Below the pieces are notes generated by a model, which ran no database searches, was not told the DNA's origin, and saw only the letters and a list, made by a program, of their open reading frames with translations. Of a DNA stretch of 50,696 nucleotides, positions 41,671 to 50,696 are shown piece by piece (the first letter of the stretch is position 1; each line of letters opens with the position of its first letter). Made by a program: the position numbers and the translations under genes. This DNA is from Trichoplax sp. H2. Its lineage: Eukaryota. The stretch covers positions 186,001 through 236,696 of the forward strand of contig NOWV01000118.1 in NCBI GenBank assembly GCA_003344405.1, read 5' to 3'.

Positions 41671-44600
41671 ATGTCCAGTAACGATTATTATACTGCCATT
41701 TCTGATATTGGAATTACTTCAAGACCGGATGAAGTTCCCCAAGGATATATTTTAGTAAGCAAATAACTTGTACTCCAATACTAACAAAATATCCAGTCTC
41801 GCGATACTCTTACCATCAACATAAAATAGACAGTAATCCATAGCTTGTCCAGTCATTCATTCATTATGCTATAACTGTATATAATCATATGGATTTGAAG
41901 GACTAAAAGAATCGTCACCATAATGATCGAGACATGGTATGATTGAATCCATTTTACCAATCAATACACACCATACGCAATACATGACTGCCTGCCAAAG
42001 TGGCGCACCAGAACGACTACCGCACATAGAGAATAATCACTTTCAATAGCCTATTAGTGTATTGATCGTCTTCAATCATTGATATCTCAATAGATAGATT
42101 GGCCTTAATCCTTCTCGTTGATATGTTTCTCTTTCATTTTGCCATCCACATTATCTATTTTGATTTTAATCAGTGGTAGTATAACGCTGATCATTCCATA
42201 TGGGTCTGTCATTTCGGCCAACGTTATGTGACTCTTACCATGCCACCGATTACGTCATAGCTTCGACGAAGATCATAACGCTCAATGGACTATCAAGGAC
42301 TGCTCTTCTATTTTGCAGTAGTTCTTGTAATTATCCTACGACTAAGTAGGAATGAACTACAGCCAATGAGCACGGAATGTGTGAGCTTCTCTCCATTTGC
42401 GCCCATTTTGTGATATTCATACTGAATCGCTCATAGTAACGATGAGAAGATGGCATACTCATTGCCCATTTCTTTGCTTGCATACTTTTACTACAGTGTA
42501 CTGTACGTACGCTCCGACTTCACGTCGGACTGTATGTCCAAAGACCAGATGAATTTCGCCTCGATCGTTTAAAATATCAATTCTACTATCTCTATTTTAG
42601 GTTTCTCGCTCTGTGTCTGGCATCGATGCTCAGCTATGGCCTGGAAAGCGATCTGATAAAGCGAAGCGATATCTCTGCGTCAAGCCGCTACAGGTAATAA
42701 CTTATCGTCTACTCATGTTTATCACCAGTAGAACGGATCGTCATCACATTGACACCACAATATTTACTAAAATGAATAATAAAACGGTAGAAAGGGATCC
42801 AAAATAATAAAACGAAAATTAAAATACATTCAGCCAATACTGTTACTTAGGATATGTTGATGTAATAGTGTAAAATTGAATCGTCGCTGTCTTCAATTTG
42901 AATATTGCACTGCCGAATATTAAAACAATAAGGTCGGCCTATTGAGTACGCTAATTTGATACCAAATATAGGGTAGATCAGTCAATCCCGTTGTAGGAAC
43001 GGGCATAATGCCATAAATCCTTGACTTGGTCAGTCTTAGCTTGTATACCATTGTTGCGTCCACTATGATATCGACAGGAACTGCTTCCAACTACTGTTAA
43101 ACGCCGATACCGGTCTCCACTAGATTCAAGTCTACTGTACAAACGTCTTTGTTGTAATAAGTATCTCGCTTTTGTATCTTTTATCTATATCGCATACATG
43201 AAATTGAATACTAATCAATAATATGAACCATCATTTATACTTCAAAATTTAGATTTAAATATAAACGATAGCTAATATTATAACCGTCTACTTTACTTTA
43301 AAATACCTTAGAGCACGTATAACAACGCGAGATTAATCACGATCAGAACACCATACGATCTTTCAGCTCTCTTATAAATTAGATATCCAACTAATTCATC
43401 TTCGCAATAACTTATCTGTTTCTGTTTACACGTATATCTAGAAAAGCGATAAAGTAGTGGTAGAAGACATTGTTATACTGAAAGAGACGAAGGCTACTCC
43501 ACGTGGTTATACCTATAGGGATACAACTCTCAACGACGGTTAGTTAGTCTCACATTTCAATCAGGATTAATTGATCAATAATAGTGGTTCTATCGGCATC
43601 TCTTTATGAAACCATAGATCTGCTAATCAAAGCAGAATCCTTTACCTTGTCTAACTGCTAGAGCAAGTGAAATGTCTATTTTGATCACATGCAGGTATTG
43701 CGGCATTACGGAAACAGAAAATTTGTGTCAAATATATATCCTCAAGTAACGCTCAATCGGCCCTATGTAGTATTATTTTAGTTAATAGAGCAAAATCGGA
43801 ATACGCTCCCCCAAAACACGAGTATACTGAAAAGTAAGTCAATTAATTAATATAATCATTATAGAACAGCAAGGATTCGACTATAATTAATTATAATTAT
43901 CTTTTGAACTCTTGATACCATATAATATCGAATAATTGTTAATATCTAGTTATTTGATACAGTCATCTACGGAGTACTTCAATTTAGTTATCCAAATTTG
44001 TGTGCTAGACTACAGAAAATTAAAATTTTATTTGCTTTTACCAAAGCTTTTCGTCAATTTAGTATTATTATCGTATGCGATAAATATGCCACAGCTATAC
44101 TCATTCTTATAATGCAAACATCCCACTTAAACTTTCTCTCTGACCCTCATCAAATATTTCCTAACCCAAAGCGATATCAATGGATTCCATATATGCTTTG
44201 ACAAAGTTAATATGAGCCGATGTTTTCAACAATCTCAACCACCTCAGCCAGTTTTACAACAACAACCTGGGCAACATCAGCAAGTGCAACATCAGCAAGT
44301 ACAGTATCAGCCAGTGCAACATCAGCCAATGCAAAATCAACCACTAGTTATCGAGTAAGTCAACTTTTCTATGTTCATCCTGATATCCTATTTCGATTAT
44401 TTAAATGTGCTACATTCAATACAACGTCATGGTAATATAATGGTATACAAGATAATAGCACAATATTTATGAATTTCATACTAACTATAAATCACGCGTG
44501 CTTTTTACTTTACGCTGATATTTGCATCGATAGGCAACCCTTACAATCTCTTACGATAGCATCATCCGCTACGCAGCCGCCGCAATCCCACAATCCTATT

Positions 44601-45124
44601 CAACGTACTGACAGTCGTAAGTTATAATATGTACAAGGACGAAGTAATTTTCTTTAATCTAATTCAAATAAACACAAACTAGATCAGCTAGTACTAAATT
44701 CAAATAATCATTTCAATCTGAATGAATATTCCTTATGTAATCTCAGGTGATCTACAACATAGCGCCAGTGGTGACCTCGATGGAGTCCCTTTGCTAGTTA
44801 GTCCTTCATTCGATATTCGAAAGATTGGAGATGTAAGTGGGCTGTACTAAAATTATTGCATCTACAAGTATTGGTGCTACTTTTCGTAATTCGATATTCT
44901 AAACTTTTGTGAAGTGAAATGCTGAAAATTGATTACTTTACCCCTGAAATTGTAGATTCCAGATAATATTTACCAAAGCCCTTATCTAATAGATGAAAAG
45001 GTAATACTAAAATTTATATCGCCGTATCATAAAGTCACCTATCTAACCTTATTTATTCACTCATGTTTATTAGTATCAGCATGATTTCGCGTTAGAAAAT
45101 GACGTGGTTGCAAGAATTAAGTAA
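41671..45124 (+). CDS. MVB12: Multivesicular body subunit 12 (ESCRT-I; MABP + UMA domains), 286 aa, 9 coding exons
   Basis: Exons 41671-41754, 42601-42693, 43442-43538, 43695-43833, 44172-44354, 44534-44616, 44747-44832, 44956-45000, 45074-45124; all GT-AG with consistent phases (861 nt). MABP-like motifs: AISDIGITSRPDEVPQGYILVSRSVSGIDAQLW...RYLCVK, VEDIVILKETKATPRGY, LRKQKICVKY and DINGFHICF. C-terminal UMA-like motif: LDGVPLLVSPSF...IDEKYQHDFALENDVVARIK. Confidence 0.88.
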
Positions 45125-45616
45125 TCAACATTCCCTTTGTGAGATACTTTAAATATCGACATCCTAATTCCTATTATGTATATAAAGCAATCGGATAAAA
45201 ACGAAGTAAATACGAACGTATAAACGTAATGCGCCGGTTTATATCCATCCACTTCGATGGAATGCTACTCAGCCGAAGGTTGGGAGTACACGAAATACTA
45301 TCATTTGGCAATTTAATGGGTAATAGTGTCTTGTAGAGATGATGCTTCTGCGATTAATGGAGCTTGTCACATACCGTGAATACTAAAAGTTGGTTTTGAC
45401 ACGCTAATTGTTACAATTTTATGATTTTGATAAGTTAGATTTTACAGTTATTGCACTTAATCTCCTTAAGTTAGGTTCAATGTTGTTAATGCTAGAGTAA
45501 CTTTTTCCTATGTTGCGGTGGGATTAAACTGCATTGCCTGCTACAATTGTAATTCTATGACCGTTCTAGACTTATATTACTGCGTGACTATTTTCAATTA
45601 TGGTTTTGCATTTATG

Positions 45617-45639
45617 TATATATATATATATATATATAT
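45617..45639. repeat. (TA)n microsatellite
   Basis: About 11 perfect TA units in the convergent 3' intergenic region between MVB12 and PMPCA. Confidence 0.9.
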
Positions 45640-46085
45640 GAAATCCTTAAGGAATTGATTATACATCCATTTACTTGCCAAATCTTTACGGAAAGAATTG
45701 CCAAAATGTTATTTGGTTACTACTAGACATGAAGCAACACTTTAATCCTTCCGGCAATGTGTGGCATTTTTAATATTGTATTATTACTAATCATACGAAT
45801 ATTATCAAGACTCTCTAAATATGTAAATTTTTACTAATAAATAATAACATCAACGTGATTGCAATATCTTTTGAGATATCTGCGCTTTAGCCATCAAAAT
45901 TTTATTAAAGGTCGCAATGATTAATAGTAGTTTTAAATTCCAAAAGAATTTTGATAATCTGAACAAAGTTTACAATTGCGGTATAAATATAATATGCGAA
46001 AATTTAAAATCAGTCCTTATAGTCAAGCCCTTTAAAGCAGATTAACATACAAAATAGTGAAGTAAAAATTTAATATCATAACAAT

Positions 46086-49083
46086 TTAGGAATAGAAAGA
46101 AAATCTACTTTGTGATTTAATCCGACCATTGTTCGTCATAGCTTCTTGCATTTGCTCATGAGATGGAAAATGCTTTAGATTTCCGTAAGCGGCAACGGAT
46201 AATTTCGAACTTAGTATCCTATCTACAACGCGTATTAAGCTTTCTTCCGTAACTTGCTCTGTATTGAGAGATAGAACAACGCTTAGTCATAATAACTTGG
46301 ATGGTATCCATTAGCAAAGCCTTAAATAGTGTACCTATGTTATCGCATAATTCTTGAACTGAGGTATAAGCAGGTAGAGATAAGGTTTGCCTAGAGATTA
46401 AATTGAATTATACGTACAGTTGACCACGATGTAAAATAGTGTAGCTTATGTCTATCCATTGAATTTTACTAACCGACATAAATCTTCTAGCATAATCTGT
46501 TTCGATTCTAAATTCATTAATAGTACAGACTGAAGTTGCCTTTTAGCACGAGAGACTTCGTCCTAAAGCAAATATCGAAATTATAATATTGCAAATATAA
46601 AGCAATCAGTTATTATAGAATAAACATAGGATAACATCCTTTTATTATCGTAACATCAGAAATAACGGAACAGTTCACGCCATACCTTATGAAATCCATT
46701 TTTCATATTACAAATTGTGGTCATGACCACTTCAGCAAGCTGCCCCATCTAAACGTCAAGGAATCACTAGCGTTATGACAACTTCAAAATGTTCATACGT
46801 GTACGTAAACGTTAATTTGCCACCACAATAACAATACTATTATTATAAGCTAGTTTAGATTTATAATATAAAATACCTGTTCAGGAGGAGCACTTGCATT
46901 TATTACAAATAAGCCACTATCAACGTAACAATGTTGTAAGCAAAGGCAAGAAAACATCCAGTAATAGTTACATAGAACAGATCTATAAATTCTAGAATAC
47001 ATTCCTTTTCCAGGACCACCAGCTGAGAAAGATCCGCCACCTCCCATCAATAAGCTCAAAACTGCTAAACTAAAGAAATCGGGATCCATATATGAAACAC
47101 CTTCTAAAGCAAAAGCTGCATGGGACAATTCAGACACCATTGCTGCAGTCATGGTCGGACCTGCAGGGGCCTTTGGTAGGTCCATCTTCAATTACAAGCA
47201 TACCGGATATTTACAGATGGAAGCGCAATGCGCAAGAATCTGCTATTACTGTTACTTACAATTACATTCGATCCTATATATTCCGTCTCATCCTCCACCA
47301 GTGATGTTGATGTTGATGACTTAAACCAACTAGGTACATCGCTTACGAAATATTTTTCAGCTAATTCCACAAGTTCTTGATGGTTAACGCCGACCCCACC
47401 AATAACTAGTCGTTTCGGTGTGTAGAGCAGTTCATGATAACGTTGTAACGACGATGTATCGATCTCGGGAAAGGTTTCCATATCAGCAAATTTCGAAAAT
47501 CCAACACTCTTTTCTCCGTAAGCTGCCTAAACGTATAACAACACAAAACATTAGTGCACTTTTTCCTTATCAGTCGGTGTCAGTAGCTTTATTACAGTAT
47601 TTATCTACCCCATGTATTAGTTCAGTTAAAATAATTTCTGCATCCGCCATCATTTTAATGTGTTCTAATTCTGCATTTAGGGCCGCTTTTTGGTTTTCTA
47701 CCTAGAAAAATGACAACACACATGATATCGGATTTACCAACGAGTAATAATATTCCTTTCTAAAAAGTACAATTACCACGACTGCATTACAAGTATAATG
47801 TGAGTGAATTAATATGCAGATAAGATTATCATTTACATTTCTCTGTGAAAGGTCAGGAAATAAAATAGAATCGGCTAAGGCTGCAAACATATCTGGTATT
47901 CCGTGGCGAAAGCCAGAGATAGAATAAATGGCACAATCTCTAAATGAGTGTAGCAAACTAGTCATTAGAATTTCAAGCATTGAATGCAATTACTAGAATA
48001 ATACGCGTATAACTAAAGCTAATCAATAAAATTGTACTGTCATTAAAGATTGCAGTTTAAATAAGCAAATTAGACATTCTGATTTAAAATAGAGCGCAAG
48101 GCAGACAACAATAACACATTTAGCTAAATGCATAGCGTATAATCTTGATATTTTGCCTTTTCTTTAGCAGTATTTTGCACTATAATTACTTGTAATAAAA
48201 GTCACGTTTCAAGTATTGCTCACAGGAAATATAATATTTATTCTTTTAGGAAAGAACATTTTGTATGTCGTTGGTCGTATAGTGTACGACATGTTGAACA
48301 ATACACACTGTCCCTTCGTTTAGCATTCTGAGTAGCATTCAAATTTGATGAGACTTTTACTTAGTAGTTACCTATTCATTTCACATTGTACATTCACACC
48401 ATAGGAATCTAGTTTATCGATGAAATCTTCTTTATTCTCAAACTTTCGTGAACCCTATTTCATTATTTAGTAATTTGAACAATTATTCATTAGAAAAAAG
48501 TGAAGTATCTACAATTCATTTATAAACGCTGAAAAGATGATTCTTGTCAATGCCATGGTTACTGCTATAGAAGCCATGATCGATGATGAAAACACAAGTG
48601 CAATCAGCAACTTGCCTTCTCTCTACGCGTATTATTTACAAATAGCATCCATACCTGGAAACATATCTTTCCCATCAAGTGAGAAATGCCTTTAGGGAAA
48701 GCTAATTCATAGCGTGATCCAGCGTCCACTATCGCTACATTTTAAAAAAGAAGACGTGCGCATACCTTAGACAAAGCTATGAGCATCGTTGTCAACTTTG
48801 TTCTACATGCCATGAGCATACTATAAGCATCCCTACCTCCAATATAGCCAACTTGTCCATAACATGGTGCAGTAATGACCTTAATGCCATTGGATAATTG
48901 TGTTAACTGTGGATTCTGAGTACTATTCTCGATAGTAGGAGCATATTTAGGAGTAGCTATATTAGGCAAAGGTTGCGATAAAGGTATCTGTTGATACGAT
49001 GAGCAATAATAACGTGATAGCTGGTGGATATATCGACCAGATGAAATTTGCCGAGGAGACTGGAGAAGTCGTTGCCATGCCAT
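46086..49083 (-). CDS. PMPCA: Mitochondrial-processing peptidase subunit alpha (peptidase M16), about 520 aa, 11 coding exons
   Basis: Exons (minus strand) 49083-48837, 48734-48655, 48454-48372, 47939-47837, 47701-47609, 47526-47260, 47185-46877, 46748-46686, 46562-46474, 46390-46335, 46258-46086; GT-AG with consistent phases (1563 nt). Arg/Ser-rich transit peptide, TQLSNGIKV, DAGSRYE, the alpha-specific glycine loop LMGGGGSFSAGGPGKGMYSR, and RAKRQLQSVLLMNLES. Confidence 0.95.
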
Positions 49084-49290
49084 AGCTGAATCTTGTGTGT
49101 AGCGTTAAGCTGCAGACAGCCTGAAGTAGCCTGAAGTACTGTACAGTAAGCACACGTGTGAATTTCCTATCGACTGTACTGTACTGTATTGCATCGGAGT
49201 CCAGTGTCAGTCCGAACTGGGACTGATGTATGAAGTGCCGAGTTCATTGTCTACAGTATAGTGCACTGTTATATACAGTGCAATGTACGG

Positions 49291-49382
49291 TACGGTACTG
49301 CCATTGCCAAAAATTGGGACTCTTTTCGCTTCGATCTCTCCTCTGCTACGGTACTGCCATTGCCAAAAATTGGACTCTTTTC
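49291..49382. repeat. Direct duplication of about 36 bp, period 56 bp
   Basis: TACGGTACTGCCATTGCCAAAAATTGG(G)ACTCTTTTC at 49291 and 49347. Confidence 0.85.
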
Positions 49383-49462
49383 AGTTAGACTAGTGCAAAC
49401 TCCCGTCGCTTTGCTGACGGTTTACGATAATGTGCTCATTTAACAGATAGTATTACCATTTG

Positions 49463-49923
49463 TCGTAGACCTGTCAGAGGTTCAGTAACTTTATACCGTG
49501 TACTGTGTAGTAGTAGAGTGTATGACATACAGTATACTGATATACTGTACATACCGCATTTCTCTAATCTTACAGTAACTCTCCATTTTTAGCTACTGTA
49601 TGTGGAACACTCTTACCCATTCATTCATACTGTATAATATACAGTATATACTGTATACTGGATATATATGAGTGCAAGCTCCTGTCGCTTTACTGACGGT
49701 TTACGATAATGTGCTCATTTAACAGAGGTTCAGTAACTTTATACCGTACCGTGTACTGTCTGCTGTACTGTACAAATGCACGGTACAGCACTACTGTACA
49801 GTACAATACTGTACAGTACAGTACTTTTACTACAGTACTCATATTGTAGTAGAACCGAACCGACGAACCACAGTTCACGTCGACATAAATCGGTTTGGAA
49901 TCGAACCTCTGACAGGTCTACGG
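49463..49923. mobile_element. Non-autonomous TIR DNA element (MITE-like), 461 bp, 7-bp TSD
   Basis: Perfect 20-bp inverted repeat CGTAGACCTGTCAGAGGTTC (49464-49483) / GAACCTCTGACAGGTCTACG (49903-49922) plus one mismatched terminal base. Flanked by direct CCATTTG (49456-49462 and 49924-49930). Subterminal AACCG repeats at about 49853-49862. No ORF. Confidence 0.65.
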
Positions 49924-49967
49924 CCATTTGATAATGTACCCATTTCTTATACTACAGCACGGTAGAG

Positions 49968-50382
49968 TAGAGTACAGTACTGTACTATACCAGGCCAATC
50001 AATGTACTGTACTGTCATGGAGCAAAATAGATGTCAAAAGTAGAGGCAGCCTTGGACAGTGTACCAAACAAATTTTGCATGCCTTTGGACGACATCTATT
50101 TTATACTGTACATCTTGTAGTATTGTACCCAGTGTCTACAGTATGTCACAGTCAATGTACTGTAAGTACTGTACAGTACAGTATAACTAGAAGTACTGTA
50201 GAGTACAGTACTGTACCAGGCCAATCAATGTACTGTACAGTACTGTACAGTACTGTACTGTCATGGAGTAAAATACTGTAGATGTCAAAAGTAGAGGTAG
50301 CCTTGGACAGTGTACCAAACAAGTTTTGCAAGCCTTTGGACGACATCTATTTTACACATCTTGTAGTATTGTACCCAGTGTC
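49968..50382. repeat. Tandem duplication (about 170-185 bp alignable, period about 230-245 bp)
   Basis: CCAGGCCAATCAATGTAC...GATGTCAAAAGTAGAGG(C/T)AGCCTTGGACAGTGTACCAAACAA...GCCTTTGGACGACATCTATTTT...CATCTTGTAGTATTGTACCCAGTGTC occurs at about 49990-50136 and 50216-50382. Confidence 0.9.
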
Positions 50383-50696
50383 CAGATGAATCATCGTCAA
50401 TTCGTCATTATCAATCAATGCTAAAGGCGATGACAATATTTTTGCACAATAATCTACCGTAGCATTATACCTGTTCAATATGATGACAGTACTGTACAGT
50501 ACTTTGCAAGCTTACAGAGCAGTCTAAATCCTCACTACTAAGTACTGTTGTACTGGGCCGGACTTGCGCAGGACCCACTCCAAGCCTTCATTGATTACAC
50601 GATCCTCGATAAAGAAAGCTCCCGATGATCATGTTTAATAAATAAATAATAATACTACTTTTACTTTAAAAATCGCATTTCCTTCAAAACTCTATC

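Larger units (their letters stand above)
49136..50530. repeat. TA(CAG/CTG/CCG/CGG)TA-saturated tract (candidate transposon footprint array) 2, upstream of PMPCA
   Basis: Starts about 50 bp upstream of the PMPCA ATG. Chains include TActgTAcagTActgTAcagTActgTA (50231-50257) and TAcggTAcggTA (49286-49297). Confidence 0.85.

Noticed and set aside
44220-44435. S/T/A-rich ORF from the track
   Set aside because: Alternative frame of MVB12 exon 5; the Q-rich frame is the one in phase with the flanking exons.

Overview
AT-rich (roughly two-thirds A+T by eye) eukaryotic genomic DNA with short GT-AG introns and animal-type genes. A compact non-bilaterian genome such as a placozoan is my inference, not shown. 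Bases 1-34,000 contain no identifiable gene, only locally unique, degenerate tandem duplications of 60-230 bp. The right third holds four genes reconstructed by hand: a single-exon 320-aa orphan coiled-coil gene (+) with an upstream RFX X-box; a 4-exon centromeric histone CENP-A/CenH3-like gene (-); a 9-exon ESCRT-I subunit MVB12 gene (+, MABP and UMA domains) head-to-head with CENP-A; and an 11-exon mitochondrial processing peptidase alpha gene PMPCA (-). The most striking signal lies in the two housekeeping promoter regions (about 40.3-41.5 kb and 49.1-50.5 kb). They are saturated with chained TA-CAG-TA / TA-CTG-TA / TA-CCG-TA / TA-CGG-TA units, and copies of local duplications there differ mostly by exact 5-bp gains at TA sites. 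That is the form of Tc1/mariner excision footprints, so these promoters may be recursive 'footprint arrays' recording repeated transposon insertion and excision in open chromatin. A 461-bp TIR element with a 7-bp TSD sits in one of them.
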